DNA of 64,000 bases from Candidatus Oleimmundimicrobium americanum (GCA_002366545.1 DFBH01000074.1:1033-65032); one strand, 5' to 3'; counted from the stretch's first letter, positions 28,864 to 38,572 are shown. The notes: generated by a model from the sequence alone, not told the origin. A program made the numbers and translations.

Positions 28864-28916
28864 CTCAACTTTCTATCTGCCATTCGCCCCGCCAGAGGCG
28901 GGCAGGCATCTACTAA

Positions 28917-31118
28917 TTAGAACATCGGTGGCATCTCTAAAGCCGGATGACCCACTTTCTGCAGATAAGCTATAACTTCTTCCTCTGTACTTGCTACAGT
29001 TTCATCCGCTATTTTGTCAAAAAAGTCCGGCATGCCTTCTTCTTTCGCACGTTTCTGAAGCTCAAAGCGAAGAACATCTTTTAGCTCTTTTGGCATCCAG
29101 ACAACCCTCTTTAAACCCCCATCAGCAGAAATAAACTTCTTGCTCGTTATATATTGACGACCTATCCCAATAAACCCGGGGAGCTGAACCCCACCGCCAA
29201 CAGTGCCAGCGAGGGTCGAGAACTTCATTCCGCAGGGTGTCATTCCGGGAAACTCCCTATTTACTATCATCACTCCATTTGCCATCGGAAGAACCGCCAC
29301 CACACACTCAAAACAACCACACGAAGTCATTGGTTCATCCATCATGGAGTAGGCATTAAAATGCTCGATGGCTTGGTTAGATTTTCCATACACAAATTTA
29401 TTGACGTTTTCCCACTGCCCTTTAACCGCATCTATAATCTCACCCTTTTTAACCGGTTGGTTGGGACCCGTTGGATTAATTTCATAAGCCGCCTTGCCAT
29501 CGAGCCAATTGTAAGCCCCACAAAGACCCAACCTTTCAGGGGTAATTATACACACGTGATTTGGGGCAAAGCTCTGACACAATGTGCAGGAATAAAAAGT
29601 ATCGACGCTTTCATCATTCATGCCCCGCACTCTTTCATCTCTGTGACAGTAGGTTTTTCTCGCTTCCTCCATCATCTGGTCAACCTTTTCAGGATCGGTG
29701 TAGATTGTAACTTGAACCTTATCCACAATTGCGGGGTAATCCGCGACAAGTTTTGCGATAAGTATCTTCCCAAAGTGATGAAATTTAAAACCAGCATTCT
29801 TTGCCTTTTTGCTAACTCTTGCCCATATAATGTCACGCTGGCCCATATGAAATATTCCCTCAGCACCATTAATCATGTGATGAACTTGTCTCTCCAGAAC
29901 CGATTCAAAATCCTCTTGCATCTTTCTGCCAGCAACATCTATCACTAAACCTATGGGAAGTCTTTCGCCCTCTTTGATATCATCTATATCTTTACCAACC
30001 ACCTCAACCTTGCCGTTTTCCACCTCATTCATCTCTTTCATCCTCAAGAATTCAAAGGCATGTGTCTTTGTTCCGCCAAATTCTACATAGGTATCTTCTC
30101 TCCTAATTCTCTCTCCCTCGAAAGCAGAGCCAAAAGAAACGGGAATATCAACTTTGGTAACTTGAATCTTAAGTCCCCTTACCTCAATTGCCCTTTCAAC
30201 CAGCTTATCGTGAGGAATGTTTGACACAACGTGCTCATAAGTACAGATGCCTGTTGGAAGAATCTGGGGAATATCGGTATCAGCAATAGTCGGAAAGCCA
30301 TAATTTACAGCCGCTACTGCTTGAGCATATTTTTCATCTTCGACCTCGCCTAAAGCCAGAACAAAGGCAAAAATTCTATTCTTGTTGTAAAGTAATACCT
30401 TTCTAAAGTCTCCGGGCTCAACCCCACCGAAGGAAAGCGCGGCGCGAGTTGCAAAACCCGCGGAAAAAACAGTCGCGGTAATATCCTTGCCGAAGGGAAC
30501 GAGACGGGTTTCCCAGCCCATCTGGATACCTTCCTCTTTGAGTTGCTCAGCCATGCTTTTTCCATCGGCCGAGGCCGACATGAAGACATAAATATTCTTC
30601 TCTTGAAGCTCTCGAGCAATCTTTACCGCTATTTCATTTGTGGGAGCTGCTCCAACGCATGCGGCAAAACCGGGCGCTGAGCCATCAACAAATTCGACAC
30701 CTCTTTCTCTCATTATCACGTCATCAGCCGCACCCAACCAAAGATTATCATCAGTTGGTTCCGATGACATTGTATAAGGAGGCGATTCTACATACTTAAT
30801 TGCTTCAATAATTTCATCCATAAAAAGCGTCGCCATACCGGCATCCAAAGCGGGAGCCAGATACGGTAGCCAGACTTTCTCTGACGGAACAGGAGGAAGT
30901 AAACTCTTGGAATATGCCAAAACCTTCTCCATGTCTCCAAGGGTGGAAACCGCCATCCCGGTAATTGCATAAATCACGGGCAGATAGTACCCTGTGTTTG
31001 GAAACTCCACCTTTTTGTCGGGTCCATATTTCTCTAAAGCTTCTTTAAGATTTTTTTCCGCCCTCATGGCTATCTTGTGGGCGCCCCTTATGGCAGCCGA
31101 AGCAATAATCTTAGACAA
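28917..31118 (-). CDS. acsB: acetyl-CoA synthase AcsB (CODH/ACS beta subunit, CdhC)
   Basis: 'DTFYSCTLCQSFAPNHVCIITPERLGLCGA' and 'MTSCGCFE...' A-cluster ligand motifs. Length is 733 aa. Confidence 0.9.
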   Translation of the reverse strand: MSKIIASAAIRGAHKIAMRAEKNLKEALEKYGPDKKVEFPNTGYYLPVIYAITGMAVSTLGDMEKVLAYSKSLLPPVPSEKVWLPYLAPALDAGMATLFMDEIIEAIKYVESPPYTMSSEPTDDNLWLGAADDVIMRERGVEFVDGSAPGFAACVGAAPTNEIAVKIARELQEKNIYVFMSASADGKSMAEQLKEEGIQMGWETRLVPFGKDITATVFSAGFATRAALSFGGVEPGDFRKVLLYNKNRIFAFVLALGEVEDEKYAQAVAAVNYGFPTIADTDIPQILPTGICTYEHVVSNIPHDKLVERAIEVRGLKIQVTKVDIPVSFGSAFEGERIRREDTYVEFGGTKTHAFEFLRMKEMNEVENGKVEVVGKDIDDIKEGERLPIGLVIDVAGRKMQEDFESVLERQVHHMINGAEGIFHMGQRDIIWARVSKKAKNAGFKFHHFGKILIAKLVADYPAIVDKVQVTIYTDPEKVDQMMEEARKTYCHRDERVRGMNDESVDTFYSCTLCQSFAPNHVCIITPERLGLCGAYNWLDGKAAYEINPTGPNQPVKKGEIIDAVKGQWENVNKFVYGKSNQAIEHFNAYSMMDEPMTSCGCFECVVAVLPMANGVMIVNREFPGMTPCGMKFSTLAGTVGGGVQLPGFIGIGRQYITSKKFISADGGLKRVVWMPKELKDVLRFELQKRAKEEGMPDFFDKIADETVASTEEEVIAYLQKVGHPALEMPPMF

Positions 31119-33072
31119 TTTCCAGATCCCTCCTCATCTCCATGTCGTAAAGCACCCTCTCTTTCTCACGATCTATCCCTAAAGCTTTTCTTTTTGCATC
31201 AATGTGTTTAATTATTGTCTTGGCCATCTTAAAGGGATCGGGTTCATAAAACCACTTGCCACCCGTCATCTCCTTAATATCTTTAAAAAGATAATCCGAC
31301 ACCACCTCACTATTGGCCGTCGGGAAAGAGACACCGAAACCGGTCGGAACTCCGCTGGAAACAAAATATTGACCAATGACTACAGCCTTCTCACTCATCC
31401 ACTCGGGAGCACAACCCGCAGCCGGCACTTCATTTAAATCCTCGCCAAGACCACCTTCTTTAACTATCTCCGAGGCAGCAATAAGAATCCGGCTGTTATC
31501 CACGCACGAACCGCAATGAAGCACGGGAGGAATACCCACTGCCTCGCAGACCTCACGCAAACCGGCACCCGCAAGCTCAGCGGCTTCAGGAATAAGCAAT
31601 CTTTCTTTTGCGCAGCTTATCGCGGCGCACCCGGTCACCAAAACAAGCACATTGTTTGCGATAAGTTCTTTAACTAAAGTAGTGTGAACATAATCATGTT
31701 TAACCCGAGGGTTGTTGCATCCCACAACACCGACAACCCCCTTTATCCTGCCATTGATTATATTATCGTTTAACGGCTTGTAAGAGGCACGGAACCGTCC
31801 ACCAAGCAAATACTTTATGGTCTCGTGAGAAAAACCCGCGATTAGGTCAATTTCTTCCTTAGGAATATCGACCCTCCCTCTTTTGGGATAATTTTTAATT
31901 GCCCGCCTGACGATATCTTTTGCAATTTTAAGAGCGTCGTGATGATTAAACTCTATATGTGTAGCACCCAAAATCTTACCCTTCGCTGAGGTGGTAATTA
32001 CCTCAGTGTGATAACATTTAGCCACAGTGGGCAGAGATTGCATGATACATTGAACATCGACAACCATGACATCAACCGCACCTGTGGCAATAGCCAGTTC
32101 CTGCTGTAAGAAGTTACCGGCTACCGGAACACCTTTGCGCATCAAAAGCTCGTTTGCCGTACAACATATGCCGGCAATATTTATACCCTTAGCGCCCACC
32201 TTTTTAGCCTCTTCGATCAGCTCGGAGTCACTTGCAGCAGCAACTATCATCTCCGAAAGCAACGGCTCATGACCGTGAACTATTACGTTAACTTGATTCT
32301 CTTTAAGAACTCCTAAATTCACCTTTGACCTGACTGGAGCGGGAACACCAAAGAGGATATCCTGTAATTCGGTTGCCATCATAGAGCCACCCCAACCATC
32401 GGCCAAAGAGGTTCGGCAACCATGAAGCAAGATGTTTTTATAGTCCTGGTCAACTCCCATGTGAGTTCGATGCATCGTTTCCACTATTTCGCGATCTACC
32501 CCTCGGGGAGATATGCCTTCTTTTCTCCAACGCTCTTGTCTTTTCTCCGGAGCCTGTTTTACAAAAATTATCTCACCTTGTTGCTTCCCCATCTCAGCAA
32601 GAGCTTTCTCGCCCAACTCCAGAGCTATCTGGTTTTTATCCTTACCCTCCATATTAATATCAAAAATTTTGGCCAACGCATGCAACTTTTCTTCATTCTT
32701 AATTTCATAACCAGGTGCCTCACCCTTCGCGGCAGCAATAAAAGTAAATATGACCTCTCTAGCGTGATCAGAGTGTGCGGCCGCGCCGGCGGCTATCATT
32801 CGAGCAAAATTTCTGGCCGCCACCGTAGAGGCAGTGGCACCACAAACTCCCGTCCTCGTCTCAGTTACCCTGCAAGGACCCATTGAGCACACTCTGCAAC
32901 AAGTCCCACCGGCGCCAAATGAACATGGCTTAAGGGAAGCAACCCTTTCAAAGACGGTCTCTGCCCCATCCTTTCTGGCCTTATCTATCATTTTGGCGCT
33001 TGCCGTGCAGCTGGTTTGCGTGCTTGCCGCAGGGTAAAATTTACTTTCTCCTTTTTTGCTTTGCTTTTTCAT
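31111..33072 (-). CDS. acsA: Ni-dependent carbon monoxide dehydrogenase catalytic subunit AcsA/CooS
   Basis: 'CSFGAGGTCCRVCSMGPCRV' B/D-cluster motif and overall CooS family architecture. Length is 653 aa. It overlaps acsB by 8 nt. Confidence 0.9.
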   Translation of the reverse strand: MKKQSKKGESKFYPAASTQTSCTASAKMIDKARKDGAETVFERVASLKPCSFGAGGTCCRVCSMGPCRVTETRTGVCGATASTVAARNFARMIAAGAAAHSDHAREVIFTFIAAAKGEAPGYEIKNEEKLHALAKIFDINMEGKDKNQIALELGEKALAEMGKQQGEIIFVKQAPEKRQERWRKEGISPRGVDREIVETMHRTHMGVDQDYKNILLHGCRTSLADGWGGSMMATELQDILFGVPAPVRSKVNLGVLKENQVNVIVHGHEPLLSEMIVAAASDSELIEEAKKVGAKGINIAGICCTANELLMRKGVPVAGNFLQQELAIATGAVDVMVVDVQCIMQSLPTVAKCYHTEVITTSAKGKILGATHIEFNHHDALKIAKDIVRRAIKNYPKRGRVDIPKEEIDLIAGFSHETIKYLLGGRFRASYKPLNDNIINGRIKGVVGVVGCNNPRVKHDYVHTTLVKELIANNVLVLVTGCAAISCAKERLLIPEAAELAGAGLREVCEAVGIPPVLHCGSCVDNSRILIAASEIVKEGGLGEDLNEVPAAGCAPEWMSEKAVVIGQYFVSSGVPTGFGVSFPTANSEVVSDYLFKDIKEMTGGKWFYEPDPFKMAKTIIKHIDAKRKALGIDREKERVLYDMEMRRDLEIV

Positions 33073-35618
33073 TTGGCGACTCCTTCTTTTGAAACACTCA
33101 CAGCAATTAACCGATCTTGCGGGCTCTTTAATTTTAAATCTATGCCATCGCTCGATAGAACACCTTGTTTATTGTGGCAACTGGGCATAAAAAACATCCC
33201 CTTGGGCAAGAAATCAAGTATCTTCGCCGAGGTTATAACCTTGCCCCGTCTCGATTTAACCGTGACTTTGCAGCCATCCTCAAGCCCCAAAGACGCAGCA
33301 TCATCTGAATTAAAAACAACATAATCTCCCATGTTTGGTTCAAGCTCAGATAGTTTGGAATTTTTTGTTCTAACTCCATCATAGAACCCAAACGTTGTTT
33401 CTCCAACAATTAAAGTATAAGGATATTTTTTATCAGGCTCTTCACCGGAAATCTTGGGCTCCACTAAGGTGAACTTATATGTATTTTTTTCGATTTTCTT
33501 TGGGATAGAAACCAGAGACTTTATTTCCTTGGCAATCTCCTTTTCAGAAGAGTAGTCCATGGTGTAATTTACTTTTTTGGACAAGGCGACTACCGTTTCC
33601 CAATCAGCTTGGACCAAAGGTTCAATGGCTGTCCTAACTTCTTTTGTCCGATATTCCATATTAACAATGGTCCCATTGCTTTCAGCTAAAGTTACGCCCG
33701 GCAACACAACATCGGCCAATTTTGCAGTTTCCGTCAAAAAGGTATCTTGAACCACCAGGAAATCTAAGGATGAAAACGACTTAGCCACGCTGGAAGAGTT
33801 GGGAAGTTGAGCAACCGGATCTGCCCCAATTATATACATTCCAAGAATGGATGAACCCATTCCGTCCAGCATCTCCTTAATAGAAAGTCCGGCTTCTTTG
33901 GAAAGCTTTACTCCCCAGGCCTTTTCAAAATCGCTCCCGGCTTCATCCGCTTTTCTTACACCCGGATAAAATTCAGCCAACGCTCCCATGTAAACCGTGC
34001 CCCACAGATTAGAAGAGAGAAGGCACGGAAGAACGCTCGCTTTGGTTTTACCTGTTAAAAGAGAGATGTCGGCAATCAATTCCATGGTTTGAGGGCTTAC
34101 CGTCTCGGCCCCAAAGATTATAACCGTCTTCTTCCCTTCGCCATAGAGCTTTGCGGCTTCCTTTAAAACATCTTTAGAAATTCCCGACTCTCTTTCCACC
34201 GTTTCCATCTTCAATTTGCCAAGAGATTTCTTTAAGTCCTCAAATTTACCGCATTTCTTGGCAAATTCTTCATCATAAACCTTACCGTCAAGTAACTCTT
34301 TCAAAAGCCCGCTTAAAACAAACTCATTGGAGCCGGCCATTGACTGAATGTGTATATCAGCTTTCTCAGAAATTTTTGTCCTTCCGGCATCTACAACTAC
34401 CAGCTTTGCCCCGTTTGAAAGCGCTCTTTTTACTGCTACACCCACGCGAGGATAGGCCACTGTAACATCCGCGTTTACGAGCAAGAGAGCATCGGCTTCT
34501 TCAATGTTTTCCATTGAAACAACGGCTCCATCTCCCAGCGCTTCGTATAAATCAACCAAAGCGGGAAAACCGAGAAGTCTGGCGGAACTATCAATGTTAT
34601 TCGTCCCAATCCCGGCCCTTAAAAACTTTTGGAATAAGTAAGCAACCTCGTTTGTGTTCCCCGCACCAATAAAACCACCAATCCTATTTGCCCCATGGGC
34701 TTTTCTTATATCAAGAAGACGCTCTGCCGCAAACTCAAAGGCCTCTTCGTAGGTGCTCTCAGTTAAAACCCCGTTCTTTTTAATTAAAGGCTTGGTAATT
34801 CGCTTGGAGCTTTCCACAAAATCCCATCCAAATCTGCCCTTTGCGCAAAGAAAATCTCCGAGGCTCTCGCCGGTTGCTCTCATAATCTGCCCATCTACGG
34901 TACCAAATACGAGGTCACAGCCACAACCGCAATAAGAGCAGACCGTTTTAGTCTCTTCCATCTCCCATTCTCGCCCACGAAAACGCCTATCAACTTCAAG
35001 CAGCGCACCAACGGGACAAACCGCAAGACAACTGCCGCAGAAATCACAGCCCGATTCCTGCAGGGGCTTATCCATTGGTGTCGCCACTTTGGTAACCATA
35101 CCCCGCTTTACAAAATCGATAACATCTGCCCCCTGTGTTTTGCAAATTCCCACACATCGTCCGCACAAAATACAGAGATTGTAATTCCTCTCTATAAAAG
35201 GATTGCTTCTGTCAATCTCGTAACCGGGATCCTTCATTGAAAAAGCGGTTTTCTCAATCCCAAGCTCATAAGCATACTTCTGAAGCTCACAAGCCCCGTT
35301 TTTATCACAACTCATACAATCACCGGGATGATTTGAAAGTATCAGCTCCAGAACAAAACGTCTGGCTTCCCGAACTTTCTCGGTATCAGTATCAATCACC
35401 ATTCCATCCTTAACTTTCCGAGCGCATGAGGCCACGAGCCCTTTGGCCCCCTCAATCTCGACCAAACAAACTCTACACGACCCCGTACTGGGCAAGCATT
35501 CACAATAACAGAGATGGGGGATGTCTATCCCCGCCATCTTGGCCGCCTGAATGATGAGTATCCCTTCAGGAACCTTTGCTTCTTTTCCATTTATCATTAC
35601 GGTGATTTGCTCACTCAA
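33069..35618 (-). CDS. NuoG/FdhA-like molybdopterin-oxidoreductase-family subunit lacking the catalytic Sec/Cys (Leu at that position)
   Basis: The N-terminus has 2Fe-2S plus 4Fe-4S motifs like fdhA. The central motif is 'GTNNIDSSARL-L-GFPALVDL', where fdhA has 'CARL-U-HAPTVAGL'. It overlaps acsA by 4 nt (ATGA). Confidence 0.7.
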   Translation of the reverse strand: MSEQITVMINGKEAKVPEGILIIQAAKMAGIDIPHLCYCECLPSTGSCRVCLVEIEGAKGLVASCARKVKDGMVIDTDTEKVREARRFVLELILSNHPGDCMSCDKNGACELQKYAYELGIEKTAFSMKDPGYEIDRSNPFIERNYNLCILCGRCVGICKTQGADVIDFVKRGMVTKVATPMDKPLQESGCDFCGSCLAVCPVGALLEVDRRFRGREWEMEETKTVCSYCGCGCDLVFGTVDGQIMRATGESLGDFLCAKGRFGWDFVESSKRITKPLIKKNGVLTESTYEEAFEFAAERLLDIRKAHGANRIGGFIGAGNTNEVAYLFQKFLRAGIGTNNIDSSARLLGFPALVDLYEALGDGAVVSMENIEEADALLLVNADVTVAYPRVGVAVKRALSNGAKLVVVDAGRTKISEKADIHIQSMAGSNEFVLSGLLKELLDGKVYDEEFAKKCGKFEDLKKSLGKLKMETVERESGISKDVLKEAAKLYGEGKKTVIIFGAETVSPQTMELIADISLLTGKTKASVLPCLLSSNLWGTVYMGALAEFYPGVRKADEAGSDFEKAWGVKLSKEAGLSIKEMLDGMGSSILGMYIIGADPVAQLPNSSSVAKSFSSLDFLVVQDTFLTETAKLADVVLPGVTLAESNGTIVNMEYRTKEVRTAIEPLVQADWETVVALSKKVNYTMDYSSEKEIAKEIKSLVSIPKKIEKNTYKFTLVEPKISGEEPDKKYPYTLIVGETTFGFYDGVRTKNSKLSELEPNMGDYVVFNSDDAASLGLEDGCKVTVKSRRGKVITSAKILDFLPKGMFFMPSCHNKQGVLSSDGIDLKLKSPQDRLIAVSVSKEGVAK

Positions 35619-35635
35619 CTCTTCTCCTCCTTTAG

Positions 35636-36157
35636 TTAAACGATTTCTATGGCATCGGCTTCACATACGGCCAAACACTCGCCACATTTGGTGCACTTTT
35701 TATTCTTAATGTAGTAGGGTTTATTGTCCGAAAGATACGAAACCATCTTCTCTCCCACAATTGCATCCTCAGGACAAACCTCTTTACAAGCTCCGCAAAT
35801 CGTACATTTCTCGGAATTTATCTGGTAACTCACAATAGTTTCACAAGATTTTTGAGCGCAATACTTGTCCTTTATGTGTTCTTCGTATTCATTTTTAGAT
35901 GAGGACAATGAGTCCTTTACAAAAGTAGCCGCGTCCTTACCCAGTTTGCATCGAGCAGTATCCACGATATAAGAAGATATTTCATCGAGCAAAACAATGT
36001 CTTCTTCTTCTCCTTTTCCATTTGTAATTCTCTCTAAAACATCGATCATTCGCACCGTTCCAAGCATACAGGGCAGGCACTTACCGCACATCTTATCCTT
36101 GGCAAATCCCTTTAAGAATTCAAGTACTATCAAGACCGGGCAACCATCGCTGCTCAT
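35636..36157 (-). CDS. stand-alone NuoF C-terminal-like FeS protein (N3-type 'CGKCLPC' motif + 2x[4Fe-4S] ferredoxin)
   Basis: 'MCGKCLPCMLGT' plus 'CTICGACKEVCP' and 'CTKCGECLAVCE'. It is colinear with the C-terminal 170 aa of the adjacent NuoF-like protein. Confidence 0.6.
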   Translation of the reverse strand: MSSDGCPVLIVLEFLKGFAKDKMCGKCLPCMLGTVRMIDVLERITNGKGEEEDIVLLDEISSYIVDTARCKLGKDAATFVKDSLSSSKNEYEEHIKDKYCAQKSCETIVSYQINSEKCTICGACKEVCPEDAIVGEKMVSYLSDNKPYYIKNKKCTKCGECLAVCEADAIEIV

Positions 36158-38052
36158 GTAGCCACCTCCTGCTTACCGGTAGGAGTAGATTTTCGTTCAA
36201 ACTGCCTCACAACACAACCGGTCGGGCATACTCCTATACAAGCCCCGCACTTTTCACAATATGATAAATCGATATAGAATCTGTCTCGCTCTTCCACAAT
36301 CGCGTCAAAAGCACACGCCTCCTTGCAAAGGCCGCAAAGAAGACAATCCTCCTCGTTTATCCGGTAATGGCCAAGTGCCGCACATTGCCCAGCCGGACAA
36401 TATTTATCCCTTATGTGAGCTTCATACTCATCTCTAAAATATTTAATGGTTGAAAGCACGGGATTGGGTGCACTCTTACCTAAACCACATAGAGCAGTTT
36501 CTTGAATATGTTTGCCGATGCTTTCCAAACGCTCAATATCTCCTTCTTCACCCTTGCCTTCGACAATTCTACTTAAAATCTCAAGCATCTCATGTGTCCC
36601 AATCCTGCAAGGCGGACATTTCCCGCAGGATTCCACCTGCGTGAAAGAGAGAAAATATCTTGCTAATTCAACCATGCAGTCGGACTCATCCATCACGACA
36701 AGTCCACCGGAGCCCATCATAGCCCCAGCTTCTGTTAATGAATCAAAGTCAACGAATAAATCCAAATATTCTTTTGGAAGACAACCGCCGCTAGGCCCTC
36801 CTGTCTGAACAGCTTTAAACTCTTTATCTCCCAAGATGCCACCGCCTATATCATAGACAATTTCCCGAATGGTTATTCCCATGGGAACCTCAATAAGACC
36901 AGTGTTCTTCACTTTTCCGGTAAGAGCAAATATTTTGGTTCCCGGAGAACCCTTCGTGCCTATGGAAGTGTACCAATCCGCTCCCTTAATTATTATTGGG
37001 GGAACATTAGCAAAGGTTTCAACATTATTTAACACGGTGGGTTTATCCCATAGCCCTCTCTCCACAGAACGAGGAGGAGTGGTTCGAGGCATTCCCCTTT
37101 TGCCCTCGATAGAAAACATGAGTGCCGTCGATTCTCCACAAATGAAAGCTCCCGCCCCACGTTTTATTTCCAAATCGAAATCAAAACCACTCCCAAGGAT
37201 ATTTTCACCCAAAAGACCAATCTCTCTCGCTTGGTTAATGGCTATTGTTAGATTATCAACCGCCAAGGGATATTCTTGTCTTACATATATAAATCCCTCT
37301 TTGCAATTGCCCAGAGCATAGGCTCCTATTATCATGCCTTCGATGACAGAATGAGGATCACCCTCCAAAACACTTCTATCCATAAAGGCCCCCGGGTCAC
37401 CTTCGTCACCGTTGCAAACAATATACTTTACGTCACCTTTTGTTCTTCGACCGCCTTCCCACTTTCTTCCCGCAGGAAAACCTGCCCCACCTCGACCTCT
37501 TAAATTAGATTTTTTAACCTCTTTTATCACTTCTTCCGGGGTCATATCATTTAAAACTTTTGCCAACGCTTCATAGCCACTGGCCACTATGTAATCTTCT
37601 ATATTGATAGGATCAACATGGCCACAATTCCTTAAAACTATCCTATGCTGTTTACCATAAAAGGAAATTTCCTCTTCTTTAACAGCAAGTTCGCCGATGA
37701 CAGGATCAACCACTTGCAACCGATCAACGACCTTGCCGCGATTTATTGTAAGGTCAACTATTTTCGCCGCATCAAATGGATCAACCTTTTGATAAAAAAC
37801 ATCTAAGGGCTCCACAATTACAACAGGACCTTTTTCGCACAATCCCTGGCAACCCGTGGGTCTTATCTCAAAATCGATGCCTTGTTTGACGGCTTCCGCT
37901 TTGAAGGCCTCAACAACCTTTTGTGCACCGGAAGCGCGGCATCCTGTCCCGCTGCAGACCCGAACTATCGTCTTTTTCTGCTTCGCTCTTTCGCTACATA
38001 TTTTTTTTCTCAAGACACTTAGTTCATTAGGGCTTTTAAACTTACTCATCAT
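36154..38052 (-). CDS. NuoF-like NAD(P)H-binding flavoprotein subunit with C-terminal 2x[4Fe-4S]
   Basis: 'NLRGRGGAGFPAGRKW', 'ESCGKCPPCRIGT', two C-terminal ferredoxin motifs. The probable start is ATG 38052 (RBS AAGGAAG, 8-nt overlap with the upstream nuoE-like stop) rather than 38082. Confidence 0.8.
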   Translation of the reverse strand: MMSKFKSPNELSVLRKKICSERAKQKKTIVRVCSGTGCRASGAQKVVEAFKAEAVKQGIDFEIRPTGCQGLCEKGPVVIVEPLDVFYQKVDPFDAAKIVDLTINRGKVVDRLQVVDPVIGELAVKEEEISFYGKQHRIVLRNCGHVDPINIEDYIVASGYEALAKVLNDMTPEEVIKEVKKSNLRGRGGAGFPAGRKWEGGRRTKGDVKYIVCNGDEGDPGAFMDRSVLEGDPHSVIEGMIIGAYALGNCKEGFIYVRQEYPLAVDNLTIAINQAREIGLLGENILGSGFDFDLEIKRGAGAFICGESTALMFSIEGKRGMPRTTPPRSVERGLWDKPTVLNNVETFANVPPIIIKGADWYTSIGTKGSPGTKIFALTGKVKNTGLIEVPMGITIREIVYDIGGGILGDKEFKAVQTGGPSGGCLPKEYLDLFVDFDSLTEAGAMMGSGGLVVMDESDCMVELARYFLSFTQVESCGKCPPCRIGTHEMLEILSRIVEGKGEEGDIERLESIGKHIQETALCGLGKSAPNPVLSTIKYFRDEYEAHIRDKYCPAGQCAALGHYRINEEDCLLCGLCKEACAFDAIVEERDRFYIDLSYCEKCGACIGVCPTGCVVRQFERKSTPTGKQEVAT

Positions 38053-38557
38053 TCTCTTCCTTTTTATTTTTAAGAATTGCAATTATCTTCTTCGGATTTT
38101 TCTCTCTTGAAACTTCTTCGTTTACCACCACAACAGGGGCAAGGGCACAACACCCCACACAACTTACCGTTTCAAGCGTGAACTCAAAGTCGTCGGTCGT
38201 CTCGCCGGCTTTTATGCCAAGCTCTTCTTCTAGTCCTTCAAGAATTATCTTTGAACCGCGAACGTGACAAGCCGTGCCCGTGCAAACTTTAATTATATTT
38301 TTGCCTCGCGGAGTGAAATAAAAATGCGCGTAAAACGAGGCCACTCCATAAACGTGAGCCAGAGATAAATCAAATTCATCAGCGATGACTCCAATCGCTT
38401 CTCCGGGCAAAAAACCAAATTCTTTCTGAACATCTTGAAGAGCGTGTACAAGCACCCCTCTTCTGCCTTTATATTTTTTTAAAAGCTCACAAACGCGACC
38501 CGTATCTACTTGAACTTTTACATCTTCCTTCTTGGTATTGCATGCGCAACCGCACAT
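38042..38557 (-). CDS. NuoE-like [2Fe-2S] subunit with N-terminal 'MCGCAC' Cys cluster
   Basis: 'CTGTACHVRGS...VSCVGCCALAPV' is the NuoE motif. Confidence 0.75.
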   Translation of the reverse strand: MCGCACNTKKEDVKVQVDTGRVCELLKKYKGRRGVLVHALQDVQKEFGFLPGEAIGVIADEFDLSLAHVYGVASFYAHFYFTPRGKNIIKVCTGTACHVRGSKIILEGLEEELGIKAGETTDDFEFTLETVSCVGCCALAPVVVVNEEVSREKNPKKIIAILKNKKEENDE

Positions 38558-38572
38558 CGCTATCCCTCCAAA

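Noticed and set aside
28425-28916. CRISPR array or tandem-repeat satellite
   Set aside because: The repeats are short words in 2-3 copies with no regular repeat-spacer periodicity. No cas genes are present. This is not a CRISPR array.
33069-35618. Second formate dehydrogenase alpha subunit in the acs operon
   Set aside because: The position aligned to the Sec/Cys molybdenum ligand is Leu (SSARL-L-GFP). It is better described as a NuoG-like non-catalytic electron-transfer subunit.
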